A DNA stretch of 64,000 bases from contig OZ316893.1 of assembly GCA_973895155.1 (NCBI GenBank), forward strand, positions 28,096,210-28,160,209, written 5' to 3'. The notes beneath the pieces are model-generated. The model searched no databases. It saw only the letters and a list, made by a program, of their open reading frames with translations, and had not been told where the DNA came from. The DNA comes from Marsupella aquatica (lineage: Eukaryota > Plantae > Marchantiophyta). Position numbers and translations under genes: made by a program. This document shows, one piece after another, positions 49,606-61,872 of this stretch; position 1 is the stretch's first letter, and each line of letters begins with the position of its first letter.

Positions 49606-50626
49606 CGGCGGAGTAGGAATAGATTAGGATTAGGATTGGCTTAGTCAAGCTCTTGGGACAGGCACCCCTGCCTTAGGTACGGCAGCGCTGCCCTGCTATC
49701 CAGCCTGCGTAGATTAGGATCTTCTAATAAGACACAGCCATTTTCCGGCCTGACTGTCAGCTTAGTTAGGACCTTAGTCAGCGAATCTTCGGCGAGAGGA
49801 CACCCCGTCCCTCGGCTCTTAGTATTTAGTGCACCCCTCGGTAGAGGCAGGGGGGTTTTTAGTTTCAGAGTCGGACATCCGCGGGACATGCGGGGAGTCC
49901 CGACCTCTGGGAATGACAGGGTACCAAGGGGAGGGGGTAGGACTAAGCTCGCCGGGCGAGTGCGGAGCCGGGCTCCGTTGTAGTGTGCACCCTCGGCCTT
50001 GAACCTGTGCATTTCAGGGCTGTCGTGTCAACTAAGTGTACGCATATGTTCCCTTTGTAGTAAAATCCTTTCCCATCATTTTCCTTCGTGTAAATCGAGA
50101 TTGTATGCATGTGTGCGCATATGTGTGTGGGTTTCTCGTATATGGGTGGCAGCGCCAGGCCGAACGCACTACCCGAGACGTGCACAGGGTGCAGCCTGCG
50201 GGTAAGTGGTTGCGAGCACGGGTTGAGGACCTGTATCATCGAATCCGGATCAAAGGCGGACAGCACGAAGGCTTAGAAGCCCTTAAGCCGGGGTCGATCC
50301 TACTATCGACTAAGGTACGTTCCGGCGGTGGAACACAAACCATACCTAGGAGGTGTCCGTATTTAGCAGTATGCGCACTTAGCGCTAGTTTACGAGAATA
50401 AGGTGCATTACGTGCTTCCCTTCCTGCCCGAACCCTCAAATTTACGAGGGATGTGCCCGTCTAAGCTGAAGTTTGAGTTAAGGCCGAAGCCTACGACGTG
50501 ACATAGCCTTTGTTTTGGCGCTAGATGGAGGGGGCACTCTACATATCGTAGAGGGGAGACATGTGCGTATTCACCTAGGCAGGATACATCAGGACGTAGT
50601 ACCAACCATTGCATTTATATGAGTAA

Positions 50627-53600
50627 ATGCCCGTCACTCGTTCTCAAGCAGCTTACTTGAGGAGATTGACCAGCGAACGAGAAAGTGCAACCACAACTAG
50701 CTCCGACTCGTCGGGCTCGGAGGACTCACAATCGTCCCGACGTATGAACATACCCCCGGGATCTTTGGGGTCCGGTTCGACCGGCCCTGCTGCGGTTCCA
50801 CCACCACCACCACCACCTATGGCAGCCGCTCCACCGGTGGCCCGCGCTGCTCAGGCGCCTCCACAAATATCGCAACGATCGCGATTTCATTATCGACCTT
50901 TCAAAGGGCGTCATGGGGATGATCCGGATGAATGGTTGGATGAGTTTGAAGCCACTGCTAAAGCTAATGGGGAAGATGCCATTAAGCTAACCGTCCTCCT
51001 GGGAGTGATGCGGGGAGAAGCTCGTCCATGGTACAACTCATTACCACCCGGGACTACCTGGGCACAATTCCAAGCTGCATTGCTGTAGGAGTTTCGTGCC
51101 ATTGGATCAAAACAGCGTTCTCTATTAAAGATTGGCCAGCTTCGCATGGGAAAAAAAGAGTCCCTACGGAAGTTCATTCAGAAGTTTCAGAAACTTGCGG
51201 CCAAGATCCGGCCCAGGCCAGGAGACGCGCTCCAGCTTACATGGTTCCTTCATGGTTTGCCCACGAATATGCAATTCTGGGTACGCCATAATAATCCAAT
51301 TTCAATGCAGGCGGCCATAGCGTGCGCCGAAACTTACCGGGAGTCCACCTATAACTCCCGGCGGAGCCAGCGAGCATGCCGCACGAAGGGTAAGTATGAA
51401 ACCTTCAGTGACAGTGACTCCAAATCGGACGACGAGAGGAAGAAGAAATGCAAGAAGAAGAAGAAACATCGTTCGACCTCGTCCAGCTCCGAGACAGAAT
51501 CCAGTTCGGATTCAGCTTCAAGCATCGGATCCTCTACCTCCAGTTCATCAGGAAGTGACTTGGAGAGCGAAAGCCGGAGCAAAAAGAAGAAGAGACGAGT
51601 GAAGAAGGAGGGGAAGATTAAACCCCGGGCGCGAAGAACGATACCAGATCCAAAGGCTGCCGAAGTAGACAAGCTGAACGAAATCACGGATTGACTCAAA
51701 GCACTATCAGTACATCTTGCGGAAAAGCCGGTGGAGAAGAAGAAGCCATCTGAGATTCGAGCCCATGCGTGGTGTTCAAAGTGCTTCCAATCCGGCCATG
51801 TGGTGCAGGAATGCCCAAGGTGGAAGAACCGAGTTCACCAGGTAGAGCTGGATGATGTTGACAACCCGGGCCCCGAATCGGAGTCCACGGAGTATTTCTT
51901 TGAGGACCCTCCTGATTCCGTGTACCAGATTTCAACGGTAGGTCCGCGTAATTTAGCGGGTAGAACTGCGTACCCCTACCCAAGTAATGGCCGGAGTTTC
52001 CAGGTTATCAGTAACCCGAGCATCCCTCCTAAGCCAGGGATTTGGCGGTCCCCGGTTTGTTACAACTGTGAAAAGCCAGGACACTTTGCGAGGGAATGCA
52101 CCAAACCAAGACGTCAGGGAGATGGCCGAGGCACCCCACTATGTCAAGTTTGCAAAACGGAGGCTCATTCCACGGCCAACTGTCCGTTGGTAATCGTTGC
52201 TCGAACGAATGCGGCTAGACCGGCCCAGGCTGGACCAGTCACGAGCGATGCAGTCGTCCAAATGATTGTTGTAGAATGGCAAGATGACAACACCGAGTGG
52301 GTGAATCTGGTGGACGTGGCGGAACACCCTAATCCATTGGATGAGGCCGAGTGCTACCGAGTGTCGACAAGGGCCGAACGGAAGGAAGAAAAGACGGAGG
52401 AGAAACGGAGGAAAAAGCAAGATACTACTCCGGTGCAGCCAGCGATAAATATACCCCCAGAAAAGAACGATGACTACCGACGGGACGACCCGAAGCTGTT
52501 TTTTCCCCGCATCGAAGAATTGGTAAAGAAACAGCTGGAGGCTTACGAAGCTCGGGAATACTAGAAGGCAATCGATAAGGACATCAAAGCAGCCGAGACA
52601 GCCCGGCGTCAGGAGCAAGAAAAGCAAGATAAACAAGAGGAAGCCAAGCAGCAGCCAACGAAAGAAACAAAGGAGGACTATGATATTAAGGAGGACGTGA
52701 AGAGTTGCCCGGTTACAGCGACGGTGGGGCAACTGCTGCAGAACAACCCATAGTACAGACGACAACTGAGGGAGTTGCTCATGGGTCGCCGAAGGAGGAG
52801 ACTACCCCGAGTTGGGAGTGCGGACTGCAACATGATATGCGAGGACCTTGGAGCGCCGGACATCTCGATCGAAATTAATAACTGTACCATCAAGATGGTT
52901 CTTGTAGACGGAGGAGCGGGAGTCAACATCATGACTGAAGAAACGTCAGTCAAGTTAGGATACCTCACGTATCAACCCACGGCCCGAGCTATCAGATTAG
53001 CAAACGGGGCAAGGGTCCTCCCATTAGGTACACTCACACGAGTGCTCACTCTGGTGGGAGGGGTAGAGTTCTATCTCAACTTCTTAGTCATGAGGCCGGT
53101 TCGTCCCTCCTCTTATCCGGTTCTTCTGGGCAGGCCGTGGTTGTACGGTGGCCGCGTAGTCACGGATTGGGGAAAGAAGGAGCTACGGTTCGGGGAACCC
53201 ACCGTACGGGTATCCTGGGCAATGGACGATTATCAGGGAGAAACCCCACAAGGACCCAAGGAATATGATTCGGAGACCTCGGAGGAAGAGGAACTCAATA
53301 TGATCGAACTCATCTCGTCCCTATCCGAGGAAGATGTCTTCGGAGTTGAAGCAACCCGAGAAACACATCTCCTAAATTACCCGAGGGCTGCCATTAAGTC
53401 CACCCCAAGCACATCTACTGTCGGGGATGAGGAAACGCACGAACAACTCGTCGAGACGGAGGACACGGCTCCAGCTAAGCAGGGAGCCAAGGCTGCTCCT
53501 TCCATTTCAGAGCCTCATAACCATGAACCAGCCCCACAACCGCCTGAGGCCGAAAACTCGAGACCGAGACATAAAAAGCGAGTCTCATGGGATCCGTCCA

Positions 53601-53680
53601 TTCCGCAATTGGAGGACGTAAAACCCCATCCCGAGACCAATCCCGGTCCCACCCATGTACGGAGGGGTTCGGTTAGCTGA
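50627..53680 (+). pseudogene. gag: Gypsy gag-protease with in-frame stops
   Basis: FKGRHGDDPDEWLDEF, MRGEARPWY, three CX2CX4HX4C knuckles, protease LVDGGAGVN...LLGRPWL. One frame with stops at 51086, 51692, 52562 and 52751. Confidence 0.9.
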
Positions 53681-56492
53681 GCTTGACGCGAGCCTGGACC
53701 CGAGTCTGCGAAACCAGGTTGAAGTCATCAGGAAGGAACACTACTGGAAGTACACTATTGGGATGGACAAATCTTTTAACCTGGGCCACGCTCTGACGGG
53801 GAAGGCTGAAAAATCCATCCAAGCTTTGCTCAAGGAATATGAAGATGTGTTTGCATGGAGTCATCATGATTTAACAGGCGTCTCCCCCGAGTTGGGAGAA
53901 CACACAATCGATCTGAACCTAGGAGCCCATGCGGTACGACAGCGACAACGTCGCATGAATCCGAGGTACTCCATCTTAGTGAAGGAGGAAATTGATCGTC
54001 TCCTCGCCGCCGATATCATTTACCCGGTAATGGCCAGCGACTGGGTCTCTCCCATTGTCATTGTACCAAAGAAGGGAGGTACGGATGGAAAACCTAAGAT
54101 TCGTATCTGTCAGGACTACCGTAAGCTGAATGACGCAACCCAAAAAGACCATTACCCATTACCATTCACGGATATGGTTCTAGATATGGTGGCCCGAAAT
54201 GAAATCTATACATTTCTTGACGGGTATTCAGGTTATAACCAAATCTGGATTCGTCTCGCGGATCAGCTCAAAACAACTTTCACTACGGAGTGGGGGACGT
54301 TCGCATTTCGGAGGATGCCTTTTGGTCTGTGTAACGCCCCGGCTATGTTTCAGCGCCTTATGATGAATATCTTCCACGATTTCCTACGGGAATTTTTGGA
54401 GATATTTATCGATGACTTTGCCATCTTCGGAACCGTTGCCATGCACCCCGAACACCTACGACGAACGTTGCAACGATGCCGAGATGTTAACCTCAAACTA
54501 CATCCCGCCAAATGCTTCTTTGGGGTAGAGGAGGGGGTGTTACTCGGGCATCGTGTGTCCAAACGGGGCATTGAGGTGGACCAAGAGAAAGTTGCGGCCT
54601 GGATGGCGGTGGTGTTCCCCTTGGATCAAAAAGCCGTACGATCCTTCTTGGGCTGCGTAGGGTATTACCGCCGGTTCATTAAAGACTTTGCTAAAATTGC
54701 GTTGCCCTTAACTGAGATGATGAAGAAGGACGCAGCGGTCGAGGAGACACCCCGTAGACGGATTGCTTTTGAGGAACTCCGTAAACGACTCACCACCGCG
54801 CCTATCATGGTCACCCCAGACTGGAATAAGGAGTTCCACGTGTATGTCGATGTGTCAGGGTTCTGTATCGGATCCGTACTTAGTCAGCTAGATGAGGATG
54901 GACGTGATCACCCCATCTATTTCGCTAGCCGTCAACTATTTGCAGCCGAAAAGAATTATTCCCCCACTGATCGAGAAGCTTTGGGAATAATCTACTCGTG
55001 TAAAAAGTTCCGACACTATCTGCTAGGCTACAAAGTCATTTTCCACACGGATCATGATAGCCTGAAGTACATGGTCAACAAAGCGGATATGACAGGATGG
55101 ATAGCCCGGTGGGTGCTACTTCTCCAGGAATTTAATTATGAAGTTCGGGTTCGGCCGGGAAGGGTACACCTCAATGCCGATTTCTTTTCACGACTGGACG
55201 ACGCACCAGTCGATCAGCCAATTGATGATATTTTTCCGGATGAGGAGTTGTTCCACGTGGGGGAAGGGACACCAACGTGGTACGGCTCAATAATCACCTT
55301 CCTTTTAACGGGCCGCATCCCTGACGGCATCAATCAGGAGGCCGCCGCTGTGTTTTTACGGAAGGCTGGGCCTTACGTCATGATACAGGGTCACCTACAT
55401 AAGGAAGGTATTAACGGAAAGTTACGACGCTGCTTAGAGTATAGGGAGACACTTATCATGATACGGGCCCTGCATGAAGAAGAAGCTGGAGGCCATTTCG
55501 CGGCAGTTATGATAGCCCGAAAGATTCTGGACTCGGGGTATTGGTGGCCTACGTTGCATCGGGATGTACAGCGCTTCATTAAGGGCTGTGACTTGTGTCA
55601 GCGAGTGGGGGCCCCGAGGTGGGCTCATCATCACCCGCTCACATCTGTGCTTCCATTGGCACCATTCGAAAAATGGGGAATTGATTATATCGGACCATTC
55701 ACTCCCGTTACCCGAAGGCGAAGGTGCAGGTACATCCTATTAGCTATTGATTACTCCACCAAATGGGTCGAAGCGCGGGCTACGGTAAAGGACGACGCCG
55801 CAACTAGTGCCAGATTCTTATACGAACAGATTTTCACCCGATTCGGACCGCCCTTAGAATTGGTAAGCGACCGTGGAACCCACTTCCTCAATGACACCGT
55901 AGCCCAGCTTACGGAGCGTTACCTAGTCAAGCACCGCAAGACTACCCCATATCATCCTAAAGCCAACGGGATGGCGGAGAGAGCAAATGGTATCATTGGG
56001 AAGATCCTCAACAAAACTGTAGCTGCGCACAAAACGGATTGGAATGATAAGTTGTACGCGGCGGTGTACTCGTATAATCTAGCTTACAAAACTACTACGA
56101 GTCACAGCCCGTACTTTCTGGTGTTCGGCCAACATTCGTTGGTGCCCATCGAATTTGAAGTGCACACTCCACGGGTTAGCATTCGGGATCGCTTACCTGA
56201 ATCTGAAAGTCTGTCAGACCGAGCTTATCAGATTGAAGCCTTGGAAGAAGCATGGCTACTGGCAGCTCGACACACCATGAAGAAACAGGCAACTTCGAAG
56301 AAGCAGCACGACAAAGGACTACGGAGGGTCGACGTCGTGGCAGGCGATCTAGTCCTTCTGTACGATAGTAGGTACATGCAGTTTCCAGGGAAGCTGCATA
56401 CCCGGTGGTTGGGGCCCTTCCTTGTCAATCAGATCTACCGAAACGGATCTTTGGAGCTTGCGATGTATGCCGGCGATTTACTCCCCACGTGA
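53655..56492 (+). CDS. pol: Gypsy RT-RNaseH-integrase (no chromodomain seen)
   Basis: WVSPIVIVPKK, DYRKLN, LDGYSGYNQI, MPFGLCNAP, FIDDF, RH DVSG..PIYFASR..E, INT H..GGHF..C..CQ, WGIDYIGP, SDRGTHF, YHPKANG.AE. It lies in a different frame from gag-PR, and the terminal TGA is probably premature. Confidence 0.93.
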   Translation: MYGGVRLAELDASLDPSLRNQVEVIRKEHYWKYTIGMDKSFNLGHALTGKAEKSIQALLKEYEDVFAWSHHDLTGVSPELGEHTIDLNLGAHAVRQRQRRMNPRYSILVKEEIDRLLAADIIYPVMASDWVSPIVIVPKKGGTDGKPKIRICQDYRKLNDATQKDHYPLPFTDMVLDMVARNEIYTFLDGYSGYNQIWIRLADQLKTTFTTEWGTFAFRRMPFGLCNAPAMFQRLMMNIFHDFLREFLEIFIDDFAIFGTVAMHPEHLRRTLQRCRDVNLKLHPAKCFFGVEEGVLLGHRVSKRGIEVDQEKVAAWMAVVFPLDQKAVRSFLGCVGYYRRFIKDFAKIALPLTEMMKKDAAVEETPRRRIAFEELRKRLTTAPIMVTPDWNKEFHVYVDVSGFCIGSVLSQLDEDGRDHPIYFASRQLFAAEKNYSPTDREALGIIYSCKKFRHYLLGYKVIFHTDHDSLKYMVNKADMTGWIARWVLLLQEFNYEVRVRPGRVHLNADFFSRLDDAPVDQPIDDIFPDEELFHVGEGTPTWYGSIITFLLTGRIPDGINQEAAAVFLRKAGPYVMIQGHLHKEGINGKLRRCLEYRETLIMIRALHEEEAGGHFAAVMIARKILDSGYWWPTLHRDVQRFIKGCDLCQRVGAPRWAHHHPLTSVLPLAPFEKWGIDYIGPFTPVTRRRRCRYILLAIDYSTKWVEARATVKDDAATSARFLYEQIFTRFGPPLELVSDRGTHFLNDTVAQLTERYLVKHRKTTPYHPKANGMAERANGIIGKILNKTVAAHKTDWNDKLYAAVYSYNLAYKTTTSHSPYFLVFGQHSLVPIEFEVHTPRVSIRDRLPESESLSDRAYQIEALEEAWLLAARHTMKKQATSKKQHDKGLRRVDVVAGDLVLLYDSRYMQFPGKLHTRWLGPFLVNQIYRNGSLELAMYAGDLLPT

Positions 56493-57051
56493 ATCAGCTA
56501 CGATCGTGTAAAAAAGTACCACCATCAAGATGACAACGCCGATAGCGATGTTCGCGAGGATGCTTCACAATTAAGCAGGGAGCTATGTGACGCCGCCGGA
56601 ACGGCGGTTAATGAGTGATTCAGTCTAACTGCGCTCGGCATGCGCGTTAGGTGGGTCTTAGGCCGCTATTATTAGCATAACGACAGTATTTAGGTAATCA
56701 TTAGGGGTAGGACATCATTAGGCAATAAGGGGGACTTCAGGTTCGGGCTGGCGGCGGGTCGCTATTCGCACACCCGGATTACGAGCGTGGAGGGGCCCCT
56801 CCCTCGGGTCCGTATAACGAACTTAAGGAAGCGGCCACTGACGCACGCTGACTCAGACTGGCGGAGTGGCCGGTACACCACAAGCGTGAGCGGTTCAACC
56901 TATGGGCGTCGAGGAGACGTCGGGGATCGACAAGCCCTCAAAGTATAAAAGGGGAGCCAACCCTTTGTAGTGCACCAGTCCATCAGTCCGCGCGCCAGCT
57001 TCGACCCCAGCTCTCTCGTTCTCTCTAGGTCGCCACTACTATCTCCTCTGA

Positions 57052-60000
57052 ATGTCGCACACGATCCTCTCCAGCTCGGCCATTCGATTCTAGACGCAGT
57101 TCCTATCTACCAGAAGGTACTTGGCCGATTCATTGAAACACGCCAACCCGCGCCAATACGAGATCGAACGCGAATACGAGAGAGCCATCCGCCTAGCAGG
57201 ACGACACCACTACATCCTTAACTTTGACTACCCGTCTCAGAGCGAGCTTTACCGACCAGCTGAGGTATCTGGGTACTTCTTCAACGGAGACAAATATATC
57301 GGGTTCTGGGAAGCATTGCTTCGGCTTCCGGACGAGGTCTTCAAAATCCCGGGTACAATCGACCTGCAGCGACATCACTTCGACCACATCCCTGCCCAGG
57401 TTCGGGCTGTCATTAACGGCGAGTCCAGTACCAACCGTTCGACAGGGGCGTCCGCACTCGCTTCGAAGAACTTCTACCAGCACCTGCAGAGCTTCATGGG
57501 AACTCGACCATCAACCAACGTGACCAACTCAGCCGGACCCGTACCCGTACCCGTGCCCATGCAACCCCAGCCCCAACCTCAACTTCAGCTTCAGCCTCAG
57601 CCTCAGCCGCAGCCTAGCCAAACCCCACCACCTATCACCCAGCCAGCACAGGTACGCTCCGTCATCAACGCTGTGGATCTTAGCGATGACGACGAGGCTA
57701 CCCCACCCTTGACCAGGCGGCCCAGAGGAACAAGCGCTCGGGGGGCCGACACTATATCGTCCCCACACCCTGCTCTGACCCCAGGAGCGGCCCCAGCAGA
57801 CAACATAGTGACCGTGGCCGCCCCGGGCCCGTTACCAACCGCAGTGGCACTCCCCAGGCCCGATCGGGAGGATGGGGAAGTATCACCTTCCCCGAGTCAG
57901 TCACGGGGAAAGAAGAGGAAGGAATCCGCCACTGCATCCGGGTTACCGTTGGCCACGGTAGCCGTAGCCAAGGTGACGATGCATCGCATGGGGGAAAATG
58001 TTCATAGCAACATCCTCCATCCCAAGCATGCGGTGTACCTGAAGACTCAGGGATTTGAGCACCTCGCCTCTCTCCCCTGGAACACTTGCAGGTACTACGG
58101 GGAGGACATGACAGAATTCGTCAAGAATTATGACGACGTACGTCAACAGACTCGGCTGCGGGGAAGGAATATGTCCCTCACAGAGGAACGGCTCAAGATG
58201 ATCTTCGGGTTACCCGAAGGTGACCATCGAGTCGAATCACGGGCTCCCGGAGGCAAGGGGGCCAAGTACCAATCTTCAAGTTTTCCCTTAGAGGGATCAG
58301 TAGACAACGGGTTCGTGATGAGGACCTGCCTCATGCCCGAGATAGCTGAGCGGCTGGAGTTCCAGAGGTACGCTCTCCACATGATGGAACCCCGGGGGGA
58401 GATCTCCACCGCCCAGGTTATCCAGGTCGAGAACTATCGACCTAGGAAATGGGCATCGTACTTCGCTAAGAAATTCCATGAAGAGATGGAGCGGCGAAGG
58501 AAGACACTGTACATTGGCGGGAAGGCGTATTTTGCTAGCCACATCGAAATCATTCTTGAGTGGTACGCCCGGTTTGATCGACGAACCCTTCCCCGCATCA
58601 ACGTTACAAAGCTGGTCCCAGCTAGGTGGGTTTTTCCGGCATTGGAGAGACGGCCCGGACGTCACTGCCCCGGCCCCTGCGCGTGTTGATGTCTGCCTGT
58701 GCCCAAATCCGGACAGGCACAACTTGGACCACCCGGAACTCTTCGTACAGGGTACGTTTCTGAATGGGCTTCTGGGAGATTTCTCTCATCAAATTGCCCG
58801 GGATACCGGGGAGTTCATGGCCCGGAAGGTAGCCTGTTTCTTCAATCAGGAGTTGGTTGCCGCCGTAAAGGCAGGTTGGGCCCAGTCGGAGGCCCTTCAA
58901 AGGATAGAGCGGTACCGGGTGGAGTTCGTGTACCTAAAGAACGAAGTGGCGGCTCAAGAGGCTGAGCTTCTGCAACTACGACCCAAGGTTGCAGCCGCCG
59001 ATGAGTTGTTAGCAAAGGCGTACGCTCTTACCGCCCTAGCCGAACAGGCCAAAGCTGGGAACGAGGCCGAGATTACACGACTCTGGAACCAGATTGACAG
59101 TTTGAAGAAACAAGCTGTCACCTGGCAGAAAGACCTGGAGGAGGCCGAGGAGCGAGCCCAGCGGGACGCGACGGAGATAGCCACGCTGCAGGCCGAGATG
59201 GCGCGGCTCCAAACCGAGGCCGAGAAGCAGGACCAGCTGGCGGGTAAACTGACGAGCGACGCCCAGCAGCTGGAGGAGGCATGTCAGGAGGTAGCATAGG
59301 AGACGGACGCGGCGAGGCGAGAGAACGAATCTCTGCTGGACCAGGTCCAGCTGTCACGCGATTGACATGGGTCTTAACACCAAAGACGTCACTATGGGTG
59401 CCAAAACCATCTCCTTGTACCTGAGGATCACGAAGGGATGTTGTGAAGGCCGGTAAACACCAATTTATGCCCTTAACACCAGACTATCATAGCAAAGCTC
59501 TATCACACATCACCCAAGCTCAATCCCAAGGAACCAAGGTTGGGGATCAGATCTGCGCTCATGATAGTTCTGGTGAGAAGGGGTCTTCATATCGGGCCCG
59601 TACACACAGGGCCTAGCGCTACGGTGCGCATAGGTCTATACGTATGCTTACTGTCATAGGTATGTTTCTATTCCGCCGCCGGAATGTACCCATAAACCAG
59701 TGACTCCTGACTGATTCCCAGCTTAGGGACTTCTAAGCCATTGCCCCACCACTCTGCCATTCCACTCTCAGCAATCAGAGCTGTGACAGCCCTCACCCAA
59801 CGCACTTCAATGCACCCGGTACACCTCTCAGTGGCGCTGCTAGTCTTATCATACACTCAGATTGCCTCACACACACACACATCCATGAGAGAAATGAGGC
59901 CTGAAAGGAAAACTCAATTGGATTCAAAGATGTGCACAATAGTTCACTGAGAACACTTGATCCGAACACTAGGCCCGAAGGCTGTCTCCTCCAGATTGCG

Positions 60001-61872
60001 ATGTGCTTGCCCTGCAAGCCCCGTGCTTGCCATGCAAGCTCAATCCTGAACCTGAGCCCGGCTCACTCCAGATTGCGACGGCAGATTGGACTCGAACCAA
60101 TCCCGTACTTGCCTTGCAAACTCAATCCTGAACTCAACCTCCTTCACTGCACTTCATTCTTGGGGGCACATACAGATCTCACACCTCCAATTCAGAACGT
60201 CAAGTTACGCATGCATAGTTGACTCGACTTCAAAGCTGGTACCAGGCCTAACGGCGATCTACCCCAGACTGCAATGAGGCCCGGCCTCACGCTTGCCCTG
60301 CAAGCTCAGCTCTGGCCATAGATCCCTTAGTGCTCTCCACCAGACAAAGGCCGGGACTCCCCATGGATCACGTAGCCTTGCCAGACTGAACTGTAAATGC
60401 TCCTCCTGCTGCCCCTTAATCAGTACCTCAGCCTCCCTAATGTGCCCACCGCAAATCGAATTGAAATCCTCCCCACAGTTTACAATCACCAATACATCAC
60501 CTATCACCAAGGCTCTGTATCGGGGGAAAAGAACCCAGTTGTGCTGCCCACTAGAAAGAGCCACAATCCAGCTCGCAAACCTAGCAACCCGTTGCTGTGA
60601 AGCTTGGCTGATTACTCCCTGAGTAATAGCACAACCAAGCTCTCCCCAACACGCAGCGTCCAAGTCCAGCCTTGCTTGCACAGAGCTCCTCCCCGCTGCT
60701 CAGTCTAAGTGAGATCACACAACTGAAGTCCCCCCCATCTCTACCGGGGGGCTGCTCTATATACTCTCATACTGAGCCCAAATGGCTGGGTACTACGCTG
60801 CTGGAGCCCCATCCCAGCCCTAACAGAGCCGCCACTATCTCTAACTACTGAACCCTAACTCGTAGCTTTATTTCTATCTCGAATTGGCTATGTACTTCGG
60901 ATTTGGCCCTCCTCCATGGTTTTCGCGAGCTTACGCCTCCTCTCCCGATTTCTGTATTCAACCATTTGCTGCGTGGATAGCAGCGTTGGAAGCGGCTTGA
61001 GCTCCTCTTTCCAACGAGGTCAATTATAGCCGATTTGGTCAAATACACATAGAGTTATGCCCCCGCAACCGAGAGGGGGTACTCACTGCTACGCTAACCC
61101 GAGTTACATAGCTAACCCGAGTTCGGCTAACCTAGCTATCCTATCTAACCTGAGTAGAGCTAACACGTGGTCTCGGGTTAGGCCGCTACCCGCTATCCGC
61201 TAACCTAGCCTAAGCTGAGCCCGAACCCGAGCTTACCTATGCTAACCTGAGCCCGAGTTTAGGCTAACCCGAGTTCAATCTAATCCGAACCTAGGTTAAG
61301 CCTAAGCTGAAGCTGTGCTGACCTAAGCTAAGCTGAAGCCGTGCTTACCTGAGCTAAGCTGAAGCCGTGCTCACCTGAGCTAAGCTGAAGCCGTGCTCAC
61401 ATAAGCTAAGCCATGGTCGAGCTTGGGTTAACCCGAAACTGAAGCCGAATCCGCTAATTCCGGCCATAAGTTAACCCGTCACACTAATCAGGCCGTATCT
61501 CTCTTAATACGTCTCCGTTTCCTGAGTGTTTTATATCGATTTTACTCGCCTTGACCAGATCTTTCCAATGCTCTTTACAGATCCGGATTTGGTGACATAT
61601 TGAAAGAGATATGGTCGTCGACCACCCGCGACATAGTTTTTATTTCCCTACTCTTAACGCCATGATTGCCCTTATTCTTGCCATCTTGCTAATTGTTATG
61701 TAATATCAATAGCTACTCCTTGCATACAGCAACCTACTTAATCAGATTACAAAATAAGGACCATGTCATTGGCGTCACACCAACTCCTCAAAGCGGACAA
61801 TGATAGGCTTCGAAGGCAGCGGGATGGCCGTTCCCATTCGGGCGGCTCTGGCAAGCGTGCCAGGCATTAGCG
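57052..61872 (+). pseudogene. LTR-encoded protein, 3' LTR copy (own lesions: TAG 57091, 269-bp deletion near 58656, TAG 59297, LTR A insertion)
   Basis: ORFs 57121-58689 and 58478-59299 match 46945-49605. The C-terminus resumes after 61784. Confidence 0.82.
59352..61779 (-). mobile_element. Solo LTR, family A, nested in the Gypsy 3' LTR
   Basis: Reverse complement of 7274-10112 with TSD CCAGC/CCAAC. The empty site CCAGCTCCTCAAAG is seen in the 5' LTR near 49515. Confidence 0.93.
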
